A DNA stretch of 63,896 nucleotides, filler included, from Folioceros fuciformis (taxonomy: Eukaryota): assembly GCA_049999805.1 (NCBI GenBank). It is 5 parts of 4 records of this genome, joined end to end, with 100 filler letters (N's around TTAATTAATTAA, not from the genome) between each part and the next. Parts side by side here need not be neighbours in the genome. Positions count along the whole stretch, not along the records: positions 39,179 to 59,577 come from JBNGIO010006314.1; 4 more parts are not named here. One strand, given 5' to 3'. Below, piece after piece: positions 39,179 through 50,466 of this stretch. Under the pieces are notes generated by a model. The model ran no database searches and was not told where the DNA came from. It worked only from the letters and a program-made list of their open reading frames with translations. Position 1 is the stretch's first letter, and the number at the start of each line of letters is the position of its first letter. The translations under genes and the position numbers were made by a program.

Positions 39179-42100
39179 CTTGCCTCTTCTCGCAGACCTT
39201 GTCTGCGGAAATAATCCTCCTCCGCTCGCAGCAGGGCGTCCACTTTCTTATCCACTCTAGTTCCCTTCTGCTTACTCACAGCCGCTGCTGCTTCCGCCTC
39301 TGCTTCGTCTACACGTCACAAAGAGCTAGCCTAGTCAGTTTCTCTCTCCATCCGAATTCCTACCCTTACGCACGTTCCAGAATTTGTCCCTACCTTCTTC
39401 TGAGTCAGAGATGTCGTCTTCGGAGCCGTCACCATCTCCATCGTCCTCATTTGTCCAGAACTCGCTGGCGGTTTGCCACCAATTAGCGTTGTTCTGATTG
39501 CTGGAGGATACCACCAGCTACGGATTATCTACTCGCGATCACATCCTCCGACATTACCTCATCCTGCAGAAGGCGCAAGAGGGGAACCTGAATACAATCG
39601 ACGCAGAAAGACTGCGCATATGGCTATTGTTCCGCTTTGCTTCGTCCAGTTCTTCGAGTAGTTCGCGGTTTCTCTTGGGAAACCTACATACGTCACAGGT
39701 CTTGTTGCACGTATCCAAGGAAACCTGAGACAATCCATCGGGCTTGGACAGGTAAACAATGGCTCCCTCAAGGACAGTGACACAACAGAATGTAGCACAT
39801 CCCGATTCTCACCTTCTCGCCAAAATGTGCTAGAACGTTTTGTCTTCGGCAGACTTTCTCCTCACAATAATTCACCATCTATAAGGACCGATTTATCAGG
39901 ACACCAAAAACTTCAACTTCTTCGTCTCTCAAGAAGGCCACATGCAAGTTAGTCCACGGACGACGGCAAAACTCTGTTGGAAAGCTGGAATGTTGCAGCA
40001 GATTACGCACCTGCGCAAGTGCCTCCAGAGCAGGATTCGGACCTGCAATTGATTTTGTTTTGCCGACTTTCTTCTTCGCAGCTTCTTTCGTCAGAATGAA
40101 CTCCTGAATCACCAAGAAAACCTTCAGCATGGCTGATGAAGTAACTTAAAATGGTTAAAGGGCACAATATATAGGAGCGAATGGAGTACCATAATCCTCT
40201 TGTCCTCAAGGCCATAGTAGAGAATACTCCTTGCAGGCTTTCTGTCCCGTCCAGCTCGGCCAGACTCTTGATAAAACCCTTCCAATGTCTTCGGGATATT
40301 AAAATGGCATACCAGTCGCACGTCTTTTCTGTCGATGCCCTGTGTCATTAAATACCAGAATCCACACGATAAGCCACACAAGCAGATCTGCAGGCTTCTA
40401 CACTGGACGTGTATTTCCAGCACTTTGGAAACGGAACATACCATTCTATAAAGAGGCGCCAGTGGTCGTAGATCCATGCCCACACAACAGCAATATATGT
40501 TAAGAAGAGTGATACTTCCAAGTGACCTTGCTGGACGTTGTCCGTTGGCAAGCACGAATGCAGATAACAGGATAGTGAATCAATGGCAGGTAGGAAAACG
40601 TTCAAAGGATTTGAAATCCAGGGAAACATTACATACAGACCCGAAAGCTACAGTTGCCACCATGACTGGCACTTTGCTGCTTGTCCACTCATCCAGTGAG
40701 CAACTTCGTTTATTATCGCTTAGACCTGCATGATACACTAGAGAAAGGAAACGAAAGTCAGCCATTCAGGCCACCATGAACTTTGGTCAAGAAGCTGCAC
40801 TTCCGCTGAAAGCTGAAGGACAAGAGCAGTACAGAGGTATAACAAATATGCAACCGCTGCACCTACCTCTACAAGCGATGCCATCCTTCAGCAGGCGGCT
40901 TCCAATATCATCACAACTAGCACGAGAATGACAATAAATAATGGCACACTCCTTGGGTGCTTTTCTCAACGTGTTCAACAAGTCCACATACGAATCTTTC
41001 AACACATCCTTATAACGAACTGAAAGAGGAGCAAAACAAGCCACAGACACAACAAGACAAGAGTTAAATCGAGGGCTGGCAGTATGCGACGTAGAGATAC
41101 TAGCCGTCACAAAAGAAACCAATACCTTCATAGAAAATATTGTGACGGTTGAATGAAGAAATAAGGACACGAGGCTCTCTCAAGCACAATGAAGTAATAA
41201 TATCCTTCTGGACTCTGTGGATCAATACCGCTGAAACAGTCACGAACCAAAACTTTTGAAAGGAAGAATCCTTTCCTCTACACAATAACAACTTGATTAA
41301 AGCCAGATAACGACAAGGCGGCATCCTAGCAGTAACCATGTGCTTGAAGCCAGATAACAATTATGCGACATCCTAACAAGATCGATTAAGATGGAATCAT
41401 TTGGGTCAGATGTTACTTTGCTGACGCTGTAGCAGTCAATGCCAACAAAGGAATGCCTGAAAGATTGTGCCGCAGAGAAGATAGCTTCCGATAACTGGGT
41501 CTGGTAGAAGCCAAAGTATTAGCGTCATACTCGTGTGCTAGCCTTGCCCGATGTAATTTCAACATGTTTGAAGAGAACGTAGGGCACATCAACCCTAAGA
41601 GACAGACCTGAAATCATGTCCCCATGAAGAAACACAGTGGGCCTGCACAATATCTCAAGAATTATCCGCAAATAGAGGTGAATACAAACGCCGAATGGGT
41701 GGCCAAGGGCTGCAATTCACTACCTCATCTATGGCGATGAGTGTCAACAAACCCCTGCGATGTAGCTTCTTCAACTTTGCAAGGAACCCAGCAGTGGCAA
41801 TCAGTTCAGGAGTCACATACAGGAGCCTCAACGATGGCTTGCCAGAGTCCAGCTCTTCATATATCTGATGCCATACACAACCCTTGCCTCACGAGACTGC
41901 CGAGCACAGTGGACAACATTTGAGCAACGTGACTAGCTAACACAACAGGGAGGTGGGGCTCTTCTAGGAGAGAGCATCGCAATTACCTTGGACTTTACAC
42001 CTTGACTCTGTGTTGACGACAGGTACTCTGCTGATATATTTTGTGCCTTGAGAGCTGCCACTTGACTTTCCTGCTCACCAAAATCCAACACACTAGTGCC

Positions 42101-42780
42101 ACAGATTTTGACAGACCTGCAGACTCAACTGGCAAGCTATCTCCCTCCCTCCTTCCCTCCCTCTCCAACCTCATTGCAACACTCTGAAAGGAATTCAAAA
42201 CGTAGGAGAACAAGCATACCATCAAAGCTGTGCCCAGAGCAGCAACCGTGGCATTCCACCAACCAACCCACAAAGTCTTTCAGTCTTACAGCCAGCAGAC
42301 TACACAAATTGCAAGAAAAAACTCCAAGCTAAAAGGGTTCAAGATCAGAGGCCCTCAAAATCAGTGAACTATACCTATCAACGGGGAAACCACAAGCACA
42401 ACCCCTGGTCTTGCCAATGCTGGTAATTCATAGCACATGGACTTCCCACCACCTGTTGGCATCAAGCACAGACAGTCCTCCCCTGCAACAAACACAGACG
42501 GCTTCAACAACCTCTTCAAATCGAACCCACAACCCAAGTTGTACTAAGGGCTCTACAAAAATCAACCTCAGATGAGCGTGAATAATTTCTGGCTCTCACC
42601 TGAGAGGACGGCTACGATGACCTCCAACTGCCTCCCTCTGAAGCTGGAATACCCAAAATGCTGCTGAAGCAGCACCAGCAGCTGGTCCTCATCAACACAA
42701 GATCCAGAATTCTTGCGGGTGCCTGCGGGCCCATCCTTGGCAGAGCTAACGGGGAGTACACCCTTCTTCATACTTTGCAT
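39179..42780 (-). CDS. RECQ3: RecQ-family DNA helicase, RECQ3-like (3' end runs into a gap)
   Basis: MKKGVLPV...[78 protein letters not shown]; Zn-binding [12 protein letters not shown]...CNKTCDVC. Confidence 0.93.
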
Positions 42781-43193
42781 GGGCTGCGTTCATCAACTCC
42801 GGTTATCGTGCAAAAATTCCGCTACCTCACATACGTACAGATGACGATGCCCTGACATACGGAAACTGCCATACCCCATGCCCGGAGAACGCAATACCCA
42901 GGTTAACCTAGATGGTATTTTAGTACCAGCCCGATTGATGCATGTATGGACAAGGTGGATAAGGGGCACGTGGTAAAATAAGGGTTCGACAAGCATGGCA
43001 ACGGAAATCCCGACGCCCATGTTAACGCATAACAAACTCAGAGTGGGGGTTTAACTGATGTACTGATTCACTGTTATGCTCTGATCACATCACGTCGCGG
43101 GCGCTGTTCTTGATTCTTCAACGCCCACGCTCGGCTTCCTCATTTTGTCTTTGCTCCCTATCACCCGCAGCACGCAATTGGCGGAGGCTGGAG

Positions 43194-44210
43194 ATGGCAG
43201 CCATGGCAGCGGCCTGCTCCTTAGCCCACTCCCCGTCTCCCTGTTGCCCCTCTCTCGGAGCGCTTCCGGCTAGACGGCAAAGTAGATTTCGAGCTGCGGG
43301 GCCCGGGAGGAGGGCGGGCATCCGAGGATCCGGTTGGTGGTCGTCGCTGTCTGCCTCCGCAGTGTACACGCTGCTTGGCTGTTGCATTGTTGCTGACGAG
43401 GGTGGCGTGGCCTGTGCACCAGCGACGTTGAGGATTGCTTTCCTCCCGTCTGTCCGAGCCGCGTCGTCTGAAGAATCCGCGGGCTCTGATTTATCGAAGA
43501 CGGCGGAGGGCTTCCTTGCCGATGTCAAATCGAAGGTGTGAGTGAAAACCAGCCACCGACGATCGTGGATGCCAATGTGCATTTGAAATTGGAGGCTCCC
43601 TGGGGGCCGTCCGTCATTTGCTGTGGTCTAGGGTGGAGTAGCTTTTTGCAAGGTGCTGAGGCACGGCCCTCAGAGTGTTGCTGCTGGATGTCCAGAAAGA
43701 TGCCGGTCTTGACGGATTGCATTTTTGCCTTTTCTGCTTCAGTGGGAGAGTGTGGACAACAAGTCCGCGGTGGCATTGTACGGCGGTGGTGCCCTGATTG
43801 GCCTCTGGTTGTCGTCCACCATCGTAGGAGCCATCAACTCCGTGCCCTTGGTGAGGCTTTCTTGTCCAGGCCAATGTCAGTGACGGTGTATGCTCCTGGA
43901 CTGCTGCCACTCTTCACGTTTTCCAGTACATCACTCTTGGTGCTTCTCCGCAGCTTCCAAAAGTTATGGAGCTCATCGGTCTTGGCTACACTGGCTGGTT
44001 CGTGTACCGGTATCTGCTCTTCAAGGTACTGTTCCGCATGTGGTACTTGGCAGTGGCCCGTTTTTCGTCCTGCGTGTGGTCTATGCCACATGAAGTGGTG
44101 GTGAGGTTACAATTGCGGGCCCGTTTTTCTTGCAGTCGAGTCGGAAGGAGTTGGTTGCAGACATTGAGGAGCTGAAAGGAAAGATCACAGGTGCCAACCC
44201 TGAAGAGTGA
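43194..44210 (+). CDS. CURT1A: CURVATURE THYLAKOID 1 (CURT1A-like), chloroplastic
   Basis: Transit-peptide-like N terminus; WESVDNKSAVALYGGGALIGLWLSSTIVGAINSVPL-LPKVMELIGLGYTGWFVYRYLLFK-SSRKELVADIEELKGKITG; stop at 44208-44210. Confidence 0.92.
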
Positions 44211-46223
44211 CTCGCTTTCTGGAGGTCAGGACGGCCCCGTTGGCTCCTGATCCTGTATTCTGTTAGGGTTCACATTTAAGTTATCATGGGCCTCATCCTG
44301 GCCTTGACCTCTAATCCTGGACTGTGAAATCACTGTTTCCCCTGACCTAGGGAGTGTATTGTAGCCATCAGCAACGTCGTCCTCCTTCACGGCCTCTCTT
44401 TTTCGAGCGGACTGCCAAGCGAAGATGAGAGCTGTGATAGTGATTGCTAGAGAGTTTGGATTTTTGACCTAGCTTGAGCGAGAGATTCCCTGCATGCGGT
44501 GCTTGTACAGGCTCGTAGACTCTTTGACCCCTGCAGATCCTGGGGAACGACTGACAGTAAACCATTGTGTGGACTGGGGTTCCACCTAGATTCGCCACCA
44601 CCCCAGGATTCAGTGGTTGCCGCTCCGCCAAGATTTGCCACCGCCCTGGGATTCATTGGTTGCCGCGCTACCAAGCGTGGCCTCCGCTACAGCGTTCATT
44701 GGTTACTTCGTAATTACGTTGATCAAATGGAAGTCCCAAAATAGAGCCCAAAGCTCCTGTTCGTACTAGTAGGTCTTTGTCGAATGTTCGGTTCCGACTG
44801 GGGATCCTTATCAGAAAGCACGAAGTTGCGGACATCCACCGGAAGACAATCTCATTGGCACTACTGACCCCCTGCCTCGCGAAGCTAACGTCCACCGGAA
44901 GACAACTTCAATGACACTATAGACCCCTGCCTACAACATCATCTTAGAGCACAATTCCACACCTCAAGCACCTATGGGAACTTGGAGTTATCGCCTTCCT
45001 TCACAGTAGTAGGATGACAACCTCACTACAAACTATTAAACTTTGAGTTATCAGCTTCCTTCAAAGTAGCATGGATGACAACCTTATCCCTCAACCCATA
45101 AAGCTACGACCTCGCGTATGAGGAAAAAGTTTTCGTCCACCATGTCTTCCGAAGAATCAGGCTCGCCAGCACAAATAAGCACCTAACTCACACCAGACAA
45201 GAAAAGGGACAAGAAACTAGCCAACGCTCGGCAGGACTACGGATCCCTCTAAAGCGGGCTTGCACCGAACCAAACATCTCGAACACTAAGCCCTAGACTA
45301 CCTACCACGCTCGTCGCGCCGGACCGCTGGCGAAACCCGACGCCGACCTCATGAGAGAAATCGGCAGCGACCTGGAAGGACAGGTTGGTGAAAACAAACT
45401 AGCGCCGGCCAGGGAAATCGGGAGAAAGCAGGGGAAAACCGGCGAACGCGGCGCTGGCTCCCCGTGTGCTCGCGATGCCGGCCCTCGGCCCCTGCCGTTC
45501 CTCACGACGTCGCGCTCAAGGTGCTCAACCGATTTGGCGCACATCGGCCAACATTGCATGACAACGATTGTCAAGGTCCCCAGCTACCGCAACTGCTGCG
45601 ACAGGGCCATCCTCCAAGTCTTTCAATGTTTCCCAGTCAGTGCTGACATCAAGAGGGACAAACAAGCCGAATATGTACGATTGAACAAGCACAAACCGGC
45701 GATGCATCTTGCTAAAGGCTAGGACAAAAATGAGCGTGAACCCCTAGGTGACGGGGCCCAGTGTTGCAGGCTGCATTGTGGCATGACCCCAATCCATGTC
45801 ATTTTGAGAACGTTGATTTCTATCCCTGTCATAAGCTTGAACGACACTAGAAATTCTAATCAAAACCCTCGACAAGTTTCAGCGATCCTAGCTGGGAAAC
45901 ACAAGGTGCCTTCGTTGGATGCTCTGGGGTCCGCAGTGTCGACTCTGAAGAAAGTTTGACAAGGAGACTAACATGGCTCTTGAGGTCAGCAGGTGGCTGA
46001 TGTGCACTCTGTACAGCCACCTACTTACCTCAAGTGCCATTAGTGACCGACAGGGACATGTCCCTTTCTCTTACCAACCTTCTCTTTTGTGACCACTGCC
46101 GGACCGAACACGTTTGCTTGTTGCATGTAGGTCACTGAGGACCGCAGATCAGGCATGTCGAGCATGTATATATGGCGCGTCAGGACAGAGATACCTGCAG
46201 AGTGTGATTCCCAGCCTGCCAAG

Positions 46224-48797
46224 ATGAAGGGGCAACAGTTGCTCATCACACTTCTTGCCATGTCCAGCCTGTGGAGTTCCTTGTACTCATTTCAGATTCT
46301 CGCACAGGGGACCGCGGATGCCACAGCTCTCCTGGAACTCAAGAGCTCCGTGGGAGATCCATTGGGAGCTCTGCGGAATTGGGAGCCTGCCAGGGCCGTT
46401 TGCACATGGTCCGGAGTGGGATGCGGTAATAGATCCCGAGTTGTGTCGCTGGACCTGCCTTTCAAGAATCTAAATGGCTCCATCCCGCCATCCCTCTTCT
46501 CAGCCTTGCCCTTCCTGTCTTATGTCAATCTGTCATCAAACCAGCTCGGCGGGCGCATCCCCGACGAGGTAGGCAACGCCACACGGTTGAAGCTGCTCGA
46601 TCTCGCTTCCAATCTTCTCACAGGATTCATGCCTGCAACCCTCGGAAACCTACGGGATTTGGAAATCCTGCGGCTATCACAGAACGATCTGTCGGGACCG
46701 ATTCCAGCAGAGCTGGGAAAGTGTGATAGGCTTGTGGAGTTGCAGATCGGAGGCGCTTCCACGGGAGGAAACAATGCGAACGGCATCAATGGGACTTTGC
46801 CCGCTTCCCTGGCCAACTGCTCGGCTCTGCAGGTTCTGAATGTCACAGCGACTCAAGTCACTGGAGCCATTCCGCCCGAACTGCTCACGCCCCGAGCAAT
46901 CACGGTGCTTGTGCTGAGGATGAACAATTTGAAAGGCAGGTTGGACCCTGGTTTGGGTAATCTGACCAGCCTGCGTGTTCTGGACTTGAGCTACAATGAT
47001 CTGGACGGCTCTATTCCTTCGGAACTGGGGTCGTTGGAGAATCTGGTGGAACTGCGGCTGGGAGCCAAGTCGTTCACATTTGCCTTTCCCAACGGGCAAC
47101 CGATCAACGAAAAGAGTCGCATCGCCGGTTACATTCCCCCAGCCTTAGGTCGGCTGCAAAGTTTGCAAGTGCTGGATTTGAGCGACACCGGGTTACATGG
47201 TAGTATTCCTGTCTCTATAGCAAATCTGACCTCCTTACAAGTTCTCCTTCTTCGTAACAACAATCTCACGGGTGACATTCCACCTGGCCTTCCTACCTCC
47301 TTAACAATGCTCGATCTTTCTCAAAACAAGCTCCATGGTCTGATACCTGCACAGCTGGGGAATCTGTCGCATCTGGTATCGTTGGATTTAAGCTTCAACG
47401 ACCTTTTCGGTCCTTTGCCGTCTGAAGTTGCACTTTGCAGGCAGTTGCAGGGATTGGTTTTCGGAGGTGCAGCCGATCAAGTCAGCAAGGCCGACATCAC
47501 TGGATCTCTTCCTGAGGGGTTGGGGTTACTTCCTCTGCAATATATCGCAATATATGCCGGAAGAATGGATGGCAACCTGCGACCTTTGATAAATTGTACT
47601 GCGATGTGGTCTGTTCTCGTTACAGAGAATGAAGTTCGCGGCCCAATTCCTCCAGAATTTGCAAACTTCACCCATCTAGTGTATTTGGCTGTGGCTGGCA
47701 ATGCCTTGGAAGGGTCCCTATCCGAGGTTGGATGGGAAGCTTTTCGCGCTTTGCGATACCTGGATCTGCAAAGAAACAACTTTACAGGTTTGATTCCAGA
47801 AAGCATGAGCCAGCTGGAGAACATGCAAGGGATCAATTTGTCCAAAAATAATTTCTACGGCAGCATCCCTCTCTCCATGAGAAACCTGTCGCAATTGGAA
47901 TGGCTAGTGATTTCTGACAACGCTTTCGATGGAGATGTATCGACCTTCTTTGACAGCGTGCATCCAGAAGATGGGCAGAGCAGTAACATCAAGGCTCTAG
48001 TTGGATCAAGAAATCGTTTTACAGGACAACTTCCCCAGTCCCTCACGGTATTCACTAACCTGCAAATCTTGGTGCTATCGGGCAACAGCCTAGAGGGTGT
48101 TATTCCTTCAAGTATTGTGGATCTCCCTAGCTTCCGGATGGAGAACGTAAGTGTCGATAATATTTTGAGAGGTGAGTATGCAGTTATAAACCTTGATATT
48201 AATAGCGGCCCGCGAAATTATTACTCATTCTCACTTGCTGTTACAGTTCTAGACCTGTCCCACAACATGTTCGTAGGAACTATACCAGAAAACATAGGTG
48301 AAATGCTGGGTCTGCACTTTTTGAATTTGTCTTCTAATCACTTGAGTGGTTCCATTCCAAGTTCTCTTGGTGATATTACTAACATTATAGAGTTAGATTT
48401 GTCTTTTAATAATCTATCTGATAATATTCCACAAGAGCTTGGAAAACTTACAAAACTAGCAACCTTTAATTTATCATATAATAACCTAACTGGACCAATT
48501 CCAAGTGGATCACAAATTTCTACATTCCCAAATGCTTTTCTTGGAAATACAAGGCTTTGTGGAGTTCCACTCCCTGAGGATTGCTCATTCACCTCCTCCC
48601 AATCAAATACTTCTGGAATAGAGGTGAAGGCATCTAACCAAGAATTTATATCATATGAAGCACTTGGTATTGGTTTTACAGTTGCTTTTATAGCTTGTTT
48701 ATACTATTTTATATATACAAAACATGGCTGGAACTATATTAAACCAAAGGAAGGAACATATTTGCGAACATATGGAGCATTCCAGGAAAAAGACTAA
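46224..48797 (+). CDS. LRR receptor-like protein (no kinase domain), intronless
   Basis: Signal peptide MKGQQLLITLLAM; LRRNT CTWSGVGC; more than 20 plant LRRs; island domain followed by 4 LRRs; C-cap GNTRLCGVPL; transmembrane ALGIGFTVAFIACLYYFIY; short tail with YGAF. Confidence 0.93.
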   Translation: MKGQQLLITLLAMSSLWSSLYSFQILAQGTADATALLELKSSVGDPLGALRNWEPARAVCTWSGVGCGNRSRVVSLDLPFKNLNGSIPPSLFSALPFLSYVNLSSNQLGGRIPDEVGNATRLKLLDLASNLLTGFMPATLGNLRDLEILRLSQNDLSGPIPAELGKCDRLVELQIGGASTGGNNANGINGTLPASLANCSALQVLNVTATQVTGAIPPELLTPRAITVLVLRMNNLKGRLDPGLGNLTSLRVLDLSYNDLDGSIPSELGSLENLVELRLGAKSFTFAFPNGQPINEKSRIAGYIPPALGRLQSLQVLDLSDTGLHGSIPVSIANLTSLQVLLLRNNNLTGDIPPGLPTSLTMLDLSQNKLHGLIPAQLGNLSHLVSLDLSFNDLFGPLPSEVALCRQLQGLVFGGAADQVSKADITGSLPEGLGLLPLQYIAIYAGRMDGNLRPLINCTAMWSVLVTENEVRGPIPPEFANFTHLVYLAVAGNALEGSLSEVGWEAFRALRYLDLQRNNFTGLIPESMSQLENMQGINLSKNNFYGSIPLSMRNLSQLEWLVISDNAFDGDVSTFFDSVHPEDGQSSNIKALVGSRNRFTGQLPQSLTVFTNLQILVLSGNSLEGVIPSSIVDLPSFRMENVSVDNILRGEYAVINLDINSGPRNYYSFSLAVTVLDLSHNMFVGTIPENIGEMLGLHFLNLSSNHLSGSIPSSLGDITNIIELDLSFNNLSDNIPQELGKLTKLATFNLSYNNLTGPIPSGSQISTFPNAFLGNTRLCGVPLPEDCSFTSSQSNTSGIEVKASNQEFISYEALGIGFTVAFIACLYYFIYTKHGWNYIKPKEGTYLRTYGAFQEKD

Positions 48798-48899
48798 AAT
48801 ATTTGTATACCTTAAATTCTTTTTTATATTAATGAATATTTTGTAGATTAAAATATGTGTTTATAATTGATATATAGATTATATAACCAAGTGATTGAT

Positions 48900-48965
48900 T
48901 GTATAACCAACTGGATAAGGGTCCTACTCTTAGCAGGTTCTGGGTTCAAATCCCACTGTGCCCAA
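48900..48965 (+). pseudogene. Degenerate tRNA-like sequence (pseudo-tRNA or SINE head)
   Basis: Box A-like TAACCAACTGG, box B/T-arm TGGGTTCAAATCCCA, ends GTGCCCA; anticodon arm shortened. Confidence 0.4.
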
Positions 48966-49127
48966 TCGGGAATATGTTCAATTCTCTCACGAGCGTGGCC
49001 ATGGTTGTGTTTTGGACCTTTGGGCGACTGGGGTCACCGTCATGTCTGTTCTTGTCCGAGTGGGGTCCCTGCTTCCAACTCTCATCTGTGGCCATGCTCA
49101 ACTCAAGCCACCTTGAACAAGAGGTGA

Positions 49128-49295
49128 CTTATTGTCACGGAACGATCTATCGGTATTGATTGCGGCATAGCTGGGGAATGTGTGAGAGGCTTGTTGAGTT
49201 GCAGATTGGAGACTCTTACACGGGAGGAAACAATGCCATCGGCGTCGGAGGGACTTCGCCAGCTTCTCGGGTTGCCGGTTCTGAATGTCACGGCA
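49128..49295 (+). pseudogene. Decayed duplicate fragment of the LRR-RLP
   Basis: Aligns to about 46672-46850 (gaacgatct.tcgg...gagttgcagat.ggag...cacgggaggaaacaatgc...ggttctgaatgtcac), with a stop and a deletion. Confidence 0.8.
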
Positions 49296-50466
49296 GGGAA
49301 TGATCTTTGCGAGCTCCAAGGCAGCAGACACAGGAAGTGGTGAACGTAGCAGACCTTTGTGACTCACAAACGTGATTCTAGGTTGAAGCCCCACACACAA
49401 CAGTCAGGAGCCGTTTATTTGGGTTCATCGCAACACCCGATACAAGACAGCAGCAATACTCTCCTCCAAACGCTCCGAAAACAAAGGACAAGAGAAGGAA
49501 ATTTTTTTACCTCCGGACCATAAACTGCAGATAGAACAAAGTGTGGAAGTGTAGTATTATGAAACAAGTATGAAATTCATGCTAAGAACAGTTTAGGAGT
49601 CCTTGGGGTACACAAATTCAGGCAGGCAAAACATGCTGTTCATTCGAGGGCAAAGCAGGCAATTACAAGGTAGCCAGCCACTCTCTGCCTTTGAATAATC
49701 CGCAAAGTTTACACTACTCCAAAAACATCCAAAAACGCACTAGTGATTTCACTTCTGATCTGCCAATGCCACACATTTTGCATGCACGGACGTCCACCAG
49801 GCAGTTTCCAGCCAACCTACTTGGGGCGGGTAGGAAAAAAGGAAATCAGCGAAGGTGAAGAATTCGATGTCCGCTCCGCAGATGCTACTTTGAGATGCCC
49901 CTGGCATTCCGAGTCGGAGTGGACATGCAGCATGCTAGTTTTCTGCCTGTGCGTTTCTTTCTCCTGTAGATGGAGACTCACGAATCATTAATTTCCACAT
50001 GTTCAAAGGTCACTGCTGGTATCTTTCGTTTCAACACACGAAGATGGTTTGCACAAGGCTTTCGAGGCGGTGCTCAAAACATCAGGGCACGCACAGCGCC
50101 TACCCCGAGACATTCGAAGACCGGCGTTGTGTGAGGCCGATATGGTGGTCAGCTTCTGTCTCCGCTTACTGCTTGTCTTATCTCTGGCCGTTTCCCTTCG
50201 ACCACGGGTGTTGCTCGTCAGACCTCCATCTTCTCCCCCTCGACTTCGTTTCTAGCTTAGTAGAAGTGCGTGGGAACACGGTTCAGGACGGTTTGATTAA
50301 GCTCTTGTTATTTGGCTACTTCATGATGCCAGGTTTCAAAAAAATCGCTGCTGCTAATGGCACTGTCAAGGCGCTCAATACACTTCCTCTGACTGATAGA
50401 CAAATAACAAACCCATGCCGGGAGAATCTGAATTCTGCGTCCTAGTTCTGAAAATGTGTTGCTGTT

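Noticed and set aside
18357-42780. Apparent DNA repair/chromatin gene cluster (UVH3, BTAF1, RECQ3)
   Set aside because: RECQ3 is separated by a linker gap and unrelated genes are interspersed; there is no evidence of functional clustering.
44360-45740. Short paired repeats and 75-123 aa ORFs between CURT1A and the RLP
   Set aside because: No recognisable protein motif or splice structure.
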